64,000 nucleotides of DNA from Bilabrum cf. latius. Taxonomy: Eukaryota. Under the pieces are notes generated by a model. The model saw nothing but the letters and a program-made list of their open reading frames with translations, was not told the origin of the DNA and did no database searches. The first letter of the stretch is position 1; each line of letters starts with the position of its first letter. This document shows positions 37,201-49,600 of this stretch, piece by piece. Position numbers and translations under genes: made by a program. The stretch spans positions 1,178,001-1,242,000 of the forward strand of contig OZ237742.1 of NCBI GenBank assembly GCA_965178125.1. Reading direction: 5' to 3'.

Positions 37201-40200
37201 GGCAGCGTTGCGATGCAGCAGAGTGCCAACACAGACGCGTCCGACCGCGAGTCCGCCGCAGGTTCCGCCTCTGGGTCGGAGAGCCGAGCGTCTGGCTCGT
37301 CCAGCGCGAGTCCGCGCGGATCTCGGCTCGCCCGCCCCGCCTCCACCGCCTCGTCCACTGCGATGTCTGCAAGATCGGCCTCGAAGCCGCCTGTGCTGCA
37401 GGGAGGCCGCGTGGGCAAGCCGAGAAGGGGGCGAGGCCGAGGCGCCACTCGAGGAGGGTCCAGAGGTAGAGGCAGGGGCAGGGGCAGGGGTAGGGGAAGA
37501 AAATGGGGCAAGGGAAGGGGGAGGGGGAGGGGACGGGGGCGAGGGCGAGGCAAGGCTTGGGGCAGTGCAGCAGTGTCGGGTTCCTCTTTGGAAGAGGAAG
37601 TCAGTGCAGTTGATGACAACGCCGAGCAGGGAGAGAAGGAGCAGGGTACTGATGAAGAGTCCAGCGATGGGGGGGAGGAACAGTCCCGCAAGTCAGCGGG
37701 CAAGACCAAGGGCGCGTTCGAAGACATCATGTCGGACGAGGACGTTGATGCTGATGGTGATGACGAGAATGACGGCGAGGATGAGGATGATGACGACGAT
37801 GATGATTCTGACGGATCGTCAGGCACCGAGTCCAGCGATGAGGACAAGTAGGAGGACGCCAAGCGGAAGCGCGCCGCCGAGGGCTCTGCGAAGGCAGGCG
37901 GAACAGCCAAGCCGGAGCCTGAGATGGTCCAGGGGCCCGCCCTAGTCGCTCCGCTCAGCTGCGTGGGCCCCGGCACTGGCAGTGGGGCCTCCGTCCTCGG
38001 CCGCAGGGTGGGGAGTGACCCCGTCGGTGACTACCTGGCCGTGTGTCGGGCCATGACCGCCTATCTGCACGTAGGGATGAGGGTCGGCGCGCGGTCTCTC
38101 AGCGGTCGCGTCATCCCGGCTGCGGTCGTCGGGTTGGAGGGGCTGGAGGCGGCAGGCAAGAGGAGATCAGCCAGCCAGACTCCCTGGCGGGACGTTCAGC
38201 CGGACGTCGCGTTCTCCAAGCGCTCCGGTCCTCCCGCTGGCCTGCCCGTGCACAGCGAGCTGGATAGGCTGGACCACGTGGTTGTGCCGGCAGCGCAGAA
38301 GGGGCACCCCCTGAGGAGGTTCTGGTTCAATCAGATGCGAGCGCTGGCACAGGTGCCCGGCCTGATTACGACCAAGAATGGGTCCAGCCCCTTGTCAGAC
38401 GGAGCGCCTGCCTCAAGTTCGAAATCCAGGCACGGTAGGAGCGGGCCGACCAGGTCGAGCAAGGAAGTGCTGAATGCGGTGGCAGCTGTGCTGGGTCAGC
38501 ACGACAAGCCTGACCAGGGCGATGGCATGGGCGACGAGCCCCGGCACTGGACGACCGGGTGCTCCGTGTGCTTTCGCGATGCCAAGCTGGGGCTCAGGGT
38601 GCAGCAGGAGGTGGTGATGCACGCTGAGTCGGGCGGCGTGGGCCAGCTCGTGCTCGTGTCCGACGTCACCAAGCTCAACTTGAGCGGTCTCATTGAGACG
38701 GGCTGGTTCGTGAGCCAGGTCGGAGACATGCCCACCCCTGAAGACATGGACCAGCTCAAGCAGCAGCTGGACGAAGCGGGGAGGCCGGTCCGCATCCGGT
38801 TTGACCGCCTGCCCTCGGAAATCGTGAGATCTCCCAGGGATCCCCCCATCGAAGCCGGCAGTGGAAGATCGAGCCCAAATCCGGCGAGAGCAGGGGGCGG
38901 CGGAGAAGGGGGCGGCGCTGCCGCAAGCAAAGGGAAGGGCGCTGGGCCAGTGGACCGCCTCGCGGCACAGGAGCAGAGTGCAGCCATGGACCAGATCGAG
39001 AAGCTCCTAAAGGATAGCTCGGTCGAGGTGGAGGAGGTCAAGTTCACCGCCGCGGGGCTGGAGGGACTGAGGCTCGTGGAGGAGTCCTTCGCAGTTCCCG
39101 TGATGGTATCCCCAGATGCCGCTCTTCCCAACAAATGGAAGCCTCTGTTCAGCGAGGGTGCGTCATCCTAGACTTCGTCCCGCGCGCCGTCTCCTGCTCA
39201 GGAACAGCCGGCCATGGAATCGACCGAGGGTGCGGCGGGGAGCGAAGGAACCTCGCTTCGAGTGGACACAGTGTCGGCCGGCGCTGCATCATCGTCGTCC
39301 ACCACCACCACCACCACTCCAGCCGGATCGCCTTCCATCAAGGCGCGAGTCCTGCCTCCCATGACCCCGCGCAAGAGCCATCGGGCCAAGCTCCTCATGG
39401 TCACCGAGTGCTGGGACGGGCCTGCCTTTGGAAAGGCGCAGCTGGGGCACTTCGTCGTGGGAGTGGGACGCAAGCACTCTCCGCCGCAATCTCTTGAAGA
39501 GATGCACGAGGCGTTCATGAAGAGCCTGAGAGGGGCTGGCAGGAAATTGGGCGTGGCGGTCAGGCTGGCAAGGCTACCAGGTGTCACCATGCTGTCCAGG
39601 GACAGAGCTACGTCGGCGGCAGAGCCTCCTTCCAAGGTGCTGGGCTCCTCTGCATCAGGCTCGTCTGCAGCGGCGGTCGCCGGTACCGCACAGGACGGTG
39701 CAATGCCTACGGTGTCCCAGTCCGCCGGGTCTTCGATTCAGGGCGTCGGTCCTGCTGCAGTGGCTGCAGCGGCTGCCCCTGGGCATCGGCTCGTGCACCA
39801 CCCAAAGCCCGCGCAGTACCCAGTGCCGGCCGTCTGGGCCGAAGCCCACGGGGCCATGGCCACCCCCCGCCTGGCCACCAAGGCCCCGGGAGCACCAGTG
39901 TCTAGCTCCAGCTCCAGCTCCAGCTCAGAGCCAGCAAAATCCCCGAACAACGGCTCCAGCAAGCCGGTCGTGTCGATCGCAGCAGGCACGGTGCATCACT
40001 GCGACCCTCCCGGTCGCAGGCTGGTACCACTACCGGACGCAGTCGTGCAGGCAGCGGTGGATCCGAGCGCGCTTGTTGACGATTCAGCCGCAGGGGGTAG
40101 CCCAGACAGCAGCCCGCAAGGCTTCGTATCAGTGCTTCTGGGCGATCGACTCGTCCCGACCGCCTGCCGCTCGTGCGACCTCGCGATCGCCTCCCCTTGG

Positions 40201-43200
40201 GCTACTGTGGGCGACGAACTGGCCCTTGCATTGCTCCGCGCCCAGGAGTACGACTGCGGCAGGGCGCTGCAGGAGGTGATGATTAGCCACCTGCGCGGCC
40301 TGGCACGCAGGGGCGTTGGGTTCCTGCCCGAAGTGTTCCGGGCCGCTGACAAGTTGGACAAGGCCGCCGCAGCGCAAGCACGGCTTAAGAGAATCGAGTG
40401 CATTCGGCTTGCTCGTGCTGCCAAGCTTGCCAGGCGGAATAAGGTGCTGGCACAAGTGGCAAGGATGGTAGCCAAACGCCGGGGACCGACAAAGCACACG
40501 CGATTCTCTTAGCACCAGCCGGCGGCAAGCTCGGATGAATCCGCCGGAGCAGACGGTAGCGGGGCAAATGAATCGGCTGCCATGAAAGACGACGATTCGC
40601 CCAGCGAGTCAGGGTCTGCAGTTGACAGCGGCAAGGAGGGCACTTCCGGCATGCCCACCGAAGGCAAAGGCGCGTCTGATTCCAGTTCCGTAGCCCAGGC
40701 AACTCCAAAAATTCTCAGTTTGGTGCCTAGCTTCCTTGATCTTCTCAAGGGGGATGGTTCGGGCCAGCGCGCGGCGTCCCCTACGGGTGCCTGGGTGGCG
40801 CACCGATGCCGTGTGGCGCTTTCGCTCGAGTGCCCGGGCTGGTCGGAGATGGATGGCCTAGCCTTTAGCTACGGCTTCAACCGGTTTGGCAAGCACTTCC
40901 ATTAGATCGCCAGGATCATCCCGAACAAGGCCACGAAGGACGTGGTGGCGTACTACTACGGCAACAAGTACAAGCGAACTGCAGCAAACCTTGCGGCGGC
41001 CCAGAGGACAGGGAGCTTCACGGAATTCGAAACCCTGGCCGGACGACTGATTGTTGCAGGCCGGTCGATGCCCCAGGCTCTCGCGGCTGCGGCCCGTTTC
41101 GACCTGGATACAGACCTCGCCACCGCGGTGCACCTGGCCCAGCAGGACAGGAACGAGGAGCTGGAGCGCATCAGGGCCAGGAAGGCGGAGGCAAAGAGAA
41201 AGGCGGCAGCAGATGCTGCGGCCTAGACGGAAGCACCAAAGCAGGGGGCAGAGGCAGACGGCGACACAGACTCGGACGAGGACGAGGACGAAGACGAGGA
41301 GCACAACCAGTCGCCAGGCATCCGCCGGAGTGCCCGAGCGGCAGCGGCTAGGGACGCAGATCTCGATCTCGGCAGCAGCCAGGGCACTCGGCGGAAACCG
41401 CTGGTGTGCAGCGACTGCGGCCGCAGCGACTTCACGATGCGGATCTGCTGCAACCGAGCCTGCTAGCGGTGCACCTGCGAGCGGTGCTTCCGCAAGCAAG
41501 CCACTCGTCACACCACCACCAGCCGGCCGTCATGGAAGCAGGCCAAGCGCAACGCCTGGTGGATGTGCCTCCAGTGCTGCCCCCCCACCCCCATGCCCGA
41601 AGAGGCGCAGATCGCCGTGTCGACACTATCCGCCCGCGTGGCGCGATTGGCGCACGCCGATGATGCCTATTCCCGGCGGCTCGCCGAGCTCCTTGGCATC
41701 CGTGCGATGCAGGACGAGGACGAGGAGCAGACCATCGCGAGCACGCGCGCCAAGCGCACTCGCCAAGCGCCCGAGAAGATCCGAGCGGCGGAGAGGGCAG
41801 AATACCAGCGGCTGGCAGGTAGTAAGCGCAAGAGAGGGAGGCCTCGCACAGCGGGCGTGTACGACGTGGACAGCAACCTGTCGGACGAGGAAGACACGGA
41901 CAGCGCGGCTCCGGGCAAGAGGCGGCGCACAGGCAGCGGCAGGGGCAGGGGCTCCCGAGAAGACGACTCGGAGCAGTCCGGGCGCAGCAGAGGCCGGGGG
42001 CGGGGGCGAGGGAGAGGGAGAGGGCGCGGGAGGGGAAGAGGGCGGGGCCGAGGGAGGGGCCGCTCGGCGCGCTCGAATTCCGTGCACTCCTACGAAGACG
42101 ACGCGGCCCGCGACTCTGACGAGAGCGACGAAGAGTATGAGGACGGCACCGTCGGTGACGACTCGGCCCAGGCCTTCCTGCACAAGATGCAGTTCGAGTT
42201 CCGGACCCGTCCGGACCTCACCAATGCGGTGATGAGCGCCCTCAAGACTCTCTCCGGGCCCGCTGCCAGCGGTCAGGCAGCCAACGTGATCCGGCGCTGC
42301 CTGGGCATACTGGGGGCCCACGGGTCGATTGGCCTGCTGCGACGGTTCCGCACATTCTGTGACGCCGACCAGAAGAGGCAAGTGACGCGTGAGATCCGGC
42401 TGCGATAGACGCAACAGGACGAGGCGGAGCTGCGTCGCATCAAGGACCGCACGCTGCTGGAAGACACGATGGGAAGCGCTTGGAGGCATCAAGGGTACGT
42501 GCAGCGGCTGCCTGGCCCGCATTCGCCGTACATGATTGGTATGCCCGGGCAGCCGATGGTCTCGCCCGCGCCCACCATGCCTACACATCACGGGATGAAC
42601 CCCGGGATGCCCCCGCACCAACCGATGCAGCCCAGTTTCGCGGTCTCAGCGGCCACTGCGAGCCTTGACCTCATCACGAGCCCACAGACCTTCATGGAAA
42701 CGATGCAAAACGAGCTGAGGGACCATCCAGTCGTTAAGCAGCGTGTGATGGAGCAGCTGAGGATGGCCAACGGCCAGCTCGGGCCCAAGGAGCTGGAGAA
42801 CGCGTCTCTCCGGATCCTCCACCTGATGAAGCCGCTCGTATCCATCACGCTCTTGGCGTCGCTCCAGCACTTCCTGCCAGCCTCTGTGAAGAAGCTGGTC
42901 GAGGAGGCCATCATGGAGAGAATGCAGCAGCAACGAAACTAGCAGCAGCCAAGCATGCAGCCAAGCATGCAGCCAAGCATACACCCCGGGTATCCCGCAG
43001 CTGGGACGCCTGGACTTCCTATGGCCGCCCAGGGGGGCGCCTAGGCGATTGGGGTGCCGCCCGCTGTTGCTCCTGTTCACGTTCCAAATGGTGGTGCAGG
43101 TGGGATTCCGCGACCACCTGTCGGCTACGGTGGGCGGCCGGTCCCAGGTGGGCCCCAGCCAGGTGTGCCAGTGTCGATGCCCGACTCCGCTGCCATGCAC

Positions 43201-43413
43201 GTGTCAGGGGCTGCTGCTTCGAGCCAAGCCACGTCTTCGTCTCAGGCAGGCACCTCCCCGCCGGCTGTGGCGCCATAGACAGCGTCATTCGCTCCTGCGC
43301 AGAATCCTCACGCCCAGCGCCCCGCGTCTGGAGCCAGCATGAATGGGGTTGCGTAGCAGCCGCGCGATGGAACTGCCAACGGTTTCTCCCAAGGTCCATC
43401 TGGATCTTCTTGA
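34275..43413 (+). CDS. ~2900-aa chromatin regulator: BAH, split ELM2-like, SANT, ADD/PHD-like zinc finger, two PAH-like domains, AT-hook/RG repeats; exons 34275-34718 and 35122-43413
   Basis: BAH: VGDTILV..PYVAQV..LRWYFR, ELFWG..DNPIESFAGHCRI, FFCRYEF. SANT: WSEMDGLAFSYGFNRFGKHFH*IARIIPNKATKDVVAYYY. Zinc finger: CSDC..CCNRAC*RCTCERC..WMCLQC. One frame with 14 TAGs; TGA 43411-43413. Confidence 0.82.
34719..35121 (+). other. Intron within the BAH domain (403 bp)
   Basis: GTGAGA..AGCGCAG, phase 0; joins EIRS-RYELFW. Confidence 0.8.
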
Positions 43414-43653
43414 ACTAGTAGTGGCTTTTGGCTGTGTCGTTTCGTATCCAAAGTTTAATCCCTGGATCGCTTCAATCGGGCGTGTAAATTACTCAGTTAG
43501 TCTACGTCATTAGCAATATTAAGCTAGTGATATAACACAGACTTGACCAACAAAAATACCAGAATCGCTCACAACGTCGCCAAAGCAGCACCGAGTGTCT
43601 TCCATCCACAGGTCCTCTATGACATCACTAATATATCGCAGCTCGACTCGACA

Positions 43654-46600
43654 TCAGCCAAGCCAGGACGCCAACCAACGCTGCCGGAACGCTTTGAGGC
43701 AGAACTCAGCTGCGGTAGCTGCCTGCAGTGAGGTACCAATCGCACGTACGCCTTCAGCCACGCTGCTGCCTGCAGACTAAGTGTGTTTGGCTTCCCTGCC
43801 ATGGGTCCACGACGAAGGCGATGCGCTCGCATGCGCCGCTGCAGTCACTCGCATGGCTGGGTCCTGTGCAAGCGCAGCCACCAGAGCGCACGCGAGCTCC
43901 ACCGAAGCGTACATGTCTTCCTTCGCCTGGCCCAACACGGGAGCACCAATACGTAGCAGCACCTCCACACGGACGTTGCCTGTCCCTCCGGCAGGGCCAG
44001 CCGATGGCCCCGCTGCGCGCTTTCCCTTCAGTTCGCTCTGCTTTGCGATACTAAACTTACCGTGCAGTTGCTCGGGGAGATCGGCAGGCAATGCAGCTCC
44101 GGATGCGCCGGCTCCGCTGCAGCGGCCAAGTTCCACCACTACCCGAATGCTGCTGGCGCTGACCACCTCTGTGATGCACACGACCTCAGCTCCTATTCGC
44201 CGAGCAGACGCTTTGGTTGGTGTGGCGGAGCCCTCTGAGGCGGCCGATTGAGGCCGCACAGCAGCAGCTTTTGTATGCCTCGTGCAAACAACGAGTCGCA
44301 GCCTGGGGGTCACAGACGCTTCAGCAGGTTGAATTTCACTCGACGCCTGCGTCGGCGCCGCTGATGCAGCTAGCACACATGCTGCAGCCGCCACAGCGAG
44401 TGCGTGGGACGCGTGTGACACGGCCAGCTTATGTTCGCCTGCCCTGGCCTAGCCTTCGCCGAATCGCTGCTGCGCCCATCTGGATGCAGCCAACGCCCCG
44501 TGCAGGTGCTGGGGCGCGTGTCCATCGACCATCGAGGAAAAAGCTTCGAGGGCATTGCTGTCGCGGCGAGGCTTGAGCGCCAGCCGCACCGTGGCGGGCG
44601 TATGCTTGCGGGTCTCTTGAAGGGCCCGAGACACGGTGGCTTCCGGAGACGACGACAATGACAGCTCTGGTGGCCTATCGGCATGCCGTTCCGGATCCTG
44701 CTATTTTGAGCTCGTGTCAGCCACTGCGCTGGGCGCTGGAGTATTGGACTCGTTGCTGGAGGCATCCGCATGTGCGCCTGCAATCTCAAGGGCAGGCAGT
44801 GCCAGCGGGACACCGTCTCGAACGGCATCTACAATGTCGTCTATGCAACGCAAAGGGCAAAGCCTGCGGGTAAGCCACCGCCGCAGCAGCACTGCCAGTT
44901 CCACACCACTGAGCTAGGTCGAGCCATTTGCCACGCGTGCCAAGACCGCATCGGGGAATATTTCGGCCGCCCTGCCCACCACTTCGAGCCTGGCAAACTT
45001 CACTCGAAGAACGCAGGATCCAGCCGCAGCCATTGCCCCATGCTATTGGACGAGCGTCCCCCGGGGGGAGGGCAGGGCCGCGAGGAATGCAGGTGGCAAG
45101 GTGTCATCCTCGTCCTCTCCGGCATCATCACCGGGGGCATTGCTATCGTCCCAGCCCTGCCCAAATCGAGCAGAGCTCTGCGCTGCTGCTGGCTGCCTGG
45201 ATGCCACGCCTGACCTCGGCGAGATACCGCGCTCATGGTACAAAACGCAAGCGAGGTGCTTCGAAAAGGGCAGTCGCAATGAACCGGTGCCACCGATTGC
45301 ACCCCTTCCATCGATGCCACGAAGCGAGTCGCGGGGCACTGCACGCAGGATGGATTCCAGGGCAGTAAGCAAGGTGGTCTGGCCGCGGAATCCCACGGCC
45401 GCACTTCCACGCGATGCGCCAGCAGCTCTTTGCAGCCGCTCCAGACTGACCCTAATGGACGTCTGCAAGTCTTTTGAGAGGCCACCGGTCCGCATGCCCC
45501 CCAGCCGTCTGGAGCACACGGGGTCGCAAAGCATGCAGCATGCCAGCGCACCAGCGGACACAGCAAGTCGCAGAGCTGCAGCCGTAGACATCGACCTGCC
45601 GGCCTCCCTGGATGCAGCTGATGCGACAAAGGCAGCGACAGACTCACTGTAGCTCAGCAACATCTGCACCAGAACACGATTAGTTCGACTGGAAGCGATA
45701 GATTCAGTGCCAGAGATGGCATGACTGGCTGGTCCATGAGCAGCGGAGGCACCCTTTCTGTCACCCCCCTGCCGCGCGTGATTCTCCTCAACGAAACGCA
45801 TGGCTCGGCTCAGCGCCTCCCAGGCTGCCTGCAGCTTCAATTCGAGCCCGATGAAAGACACGCGAATGGGCTCGCCGGCAATAGCATCACCAGCAGTGGG
45901 TTGGTCTCCAGCAGCGGCCGACTCGGCAACCACTGCGTCGCCATCGAGGTTCTCGCCCGCACAGAGCATGGCAGCCAAGAGCAACCGAGTGGCGGGATCC
46001 ATGCCGAGCTCATGGAGTCCAGACGCAGCCATGCTAGAAGCACTGCCGCTGGCCATGGGCGATTCACCAGTTGATACTACCGGTTCCGGTGCAGGTGCGA
46101 CGCTGTGTAGGACCAGCAGGCCGTGCACCAGTCCCGGTGCACGCCTTGGGTCGACCCTTGCGGCCAGGTCGCTTGCCTGTGGCGGTCCCGCTGTCCCAAT
46201 ATCATCATCACTGCCCTCTTCACTGCACGCTGCTGTTGCGGCAATGGACACTGCAGCTAATGACGCGATTGCCCCATTACTAATACCACCGTGCAGCGAT
46301 TCTTCCGCGGGTTCGCCGCTGGAGCCAATCCGAGCTGGTATTTGCAGACAACCGCATGCTGGAGAGCTGGCGCTGCGCGCAGCGCGCAGAATCACGTCCG
46401 TCCCCGGGCCGGTGGCTGACGACTCGGATGTTCGAGATGCAGTCGGCCCGATGTTGGCAATGTCCTAAACCAGAAGCGCGCACATCCCCGCCAGAGCCCC
46501 CATGGACTCATGCAAGAAAGAAGAAGCCTATGGATGCAAGGAACGTACCTCGCGCGTCGACAGCTGCACGCTGACAGCTGCCGGGAGCACGGGGATAGCT

Positions 46601-49600
46601 GCTTCATCGCACACGTCCAGCGACTGCTGAGACGGAGGCCGGCTGCCTGTGCCCACGATGCCAGACATAGACGGGAGAGTGAAGTCTTCGATCCCGTCCT
46701 ACCTGCTGCTGCTGCTGGCACTGCTTGTCTGAGACTCATTTGCTTGAGGCAAACCGCCCAGGGAACCGTGGCCGGAGAAGGAGCCATGCACGGAGGACAT
46801 CACAGTGGCGTGCGGGTGAGTGGCTGCCGGCTGCAAGTTTGGCGCGGTAAGAGCCCGGGCGCGCATGTCTGCGTGTTGAGATCCAGCTGCCGCATCGCTT
46901 GCAGTGGTGGTCGAGTCTGCCACCACTGGTGGCTAAACTGGTCGCTTTGCCACCATGCGACCGCCCAGCACCAAGGTGGTCAATGACAGCACGGACTGTA
47001 CGTTTTCTAGTTGCTTAAGCAGAGCTGCACGCCCGTCCCCGTCTGCACCCGCTGCACCGTCGCTCTCAGTGGGCCAGCAGAGCACTGGCATCAGGCAGCC
47101 CCTCCACACCGCAGATGCCGCCGTGTCCACCAGTGCGCCCAGGCGCCGCTCCGCTTTGCCCAGCTGCTTGGAGTCGGCATCCTGAGCCCACGCCCCGAAT
47201 TCAGCGACCGTAACATCCGCTAGGTCCTTTATTTTCATCTTGGCTTCGCGTTCTTTGCCACTCATAGCCCCAGCATCGCCTCGTATGCCACCGACAACAC
47301 CCGTGGCACCCTGGGTCTCCTTCCCCTCCCGCTCCCGCTTGCGTGCGGTACGCCAGGCAATTTGCCGGAGCAGCACAAATCGAGCGAGTATGCGCGGCGA
47401 CTGGTCTAGCGGAACATCCCGCAGCGCCCGCTCAGGAGAGGTCAGCACGCAAGCCTGACCGCAGCCAACGACGGCGAGCCGGCGAGCAGCCGCTCTTTCT
47501 GTGCTGGACCACGCTGGCAGCATCCCGAAGTACACGCTACTTACCGATTCCGCACCCGCATCGTCGCACAGAGCTGCGACGTCAGGGTCCCGCCAGGCCT
47601 CAGCGTCTGCGGGTGGGCCACCTCCCGTGGCGAGTCCTCCACCACTACCTTCGCTGCTGCTGTATCTGGGCTCGTTGACACCAGCGCACCTCGCGTCCAG
47701 CACGACTGCCTCGCCTCCGCGAGCGGGAGCACCCGGGAGCGCCAGCCCGCATGTATCTCCGATGGATAGCTCTGCAGGTCCCTCAATCCCTATGTCAGCT
47801 GCCCACACGCGGCCGCCAGCCGACTGGAGGCAGTGCCGAAACAGCTGCGTGAGCCTGCCCCGAGCCACCTAGGTGAGATCTGAGTCTGTGATCGGAGCGG
47901 GGGCTGACGACACAAAATGAGGCGCATCGGATGTTGCGTCTGCTGCTGCAATTCCTGGGACACGGGATAGCGGAGCCAAGGGGCTACGGCTGCTTCGCTG
48001 CCCGCTAGCACCACCTTGCAGCTGTGCAGCCTCTGGGGTGCTGCTGACCACGCCGCGACTGTCCGTTGAGAGCCAGCGCGGTACTCCAGCCCAATCTGCC
48101 AGTTGACACATCAGATATTCCCGCGCGAGATCCATGCCATCGGTGCGATGATGCCAGTCTGCATCTAACGGAGATGGCGAGGCAGATCCCTCGGCAGCTG
48201 CCACTGCCTGGCGTGCATCACCCTCTGGATTCCAACCCACTGCGGCGCACGCAAGCCGAGCAATAAAGGCAGCGCTCTTCGAGTGGACATTTCGCAATCC
48301 TGCACTGGTTCTGGGCGGAACGGTGACGCCCAAAGCCGACTATGTGGGAGCGGATCCAGTCCCTGTGCTGCCTGGATCGATGGCTGCATCGATGGCTGCA
48401 CCTTTGGCTTGCATCAGTGAGAGGATGCAGCGGTGCAGCGCAACACGATCTGCATGCGATGCCACCTGATTCCGGCCAGAGTCACTAAGGGCTTGGATTT
48501 CCGCAGCTGTGGGTGCCATCTCCGCGTGCGGGGGGAAGGGCAGGGGCCAGTGATGTCGCCTGAGGAGGCCTACCTGGAGAGGGGCTGCTCTGGGCACTGT
48601 GACCGAGGCCTTACCTCCGTGGACTGGCGAGTCCATCTCGGCCTCATCGCTTTCGGACTCTGATTCCGACTCGATGACGGCCTGCCCCCTGCAGCGACCA
48701 GCAGGGCCATCGAGGTTGGTCGCGCTTCGTCGATGGCCGGTAGCGTCGTCCTCGTCCTCATCTTCATCATCATCGTCGTCTTCGTCTTCATCGTCGGACA
48801 CTTCAATGATCTGAGAAGCCTCGTCCTTCGCGACGCCAGAAGTACCTGGCACGGTGTATTCTTTTGGTTTCATACTTGCGCTATGCTTAATTCCCGCCGC
48901 ATCCATCGAGTCCATTCCAGCAGTGCCCCCCTGCTGCTCATGGCGTGCCTTCTTGCTGGCAGACGGACGATCCACCTCCCTCGCTTCATCAGCAGACGAT
49001 GCACGCTGCTGCACTTGCGCGTCATGCTACCGCAGAGAGGGGTACGTCCAGGCAGCGACGCGGCGCGCCATGGAGCGAACCTCCTTGCTGGATGCAGGTC
49101 CTGGCGGACTCGAAGCCGTCGAAGCGGACCACCTGAGCGGCACCACTCCGATCAATTCGATGCATTTCGGACGCAGGGAGGGGCGGCTGCGCAGCGCCTC
49201 CTGCAGCTCGCGACCCACGCGGTCACCCCATTGCACCAGCCTGACGCTCGGCCCGCGGCCTGTTCCAGAAGCACCACGTGCCGCTGCCGCGGCGGTAGCT
49301 CCCACCGAGGATCCACCCTTGCTGTCTTGATGGCCACTGGCCCTTTGCCCCAGCAGCACCCGACTCAGCTGAACGTGCTGACTCCACGTACGCGTTGCCG
49401 ATTCCCAGTCGTAGCTACGGTCCGAGGCGAAGCCTTGCGCATCGCTCACCTGCTGCATGGCCTGAACCAGCAGCTTAGCCGCCTGTTCATCCGACAGAGA
49501 CTTCAGAGGGCTGCCCTCGCTCGTGGAACTAGCCGACTGCATCGACGGCCCTGCCTCGGGACGAGCCTCTCCAGCGCGAGCACCACCACCTCGTGGGGCT

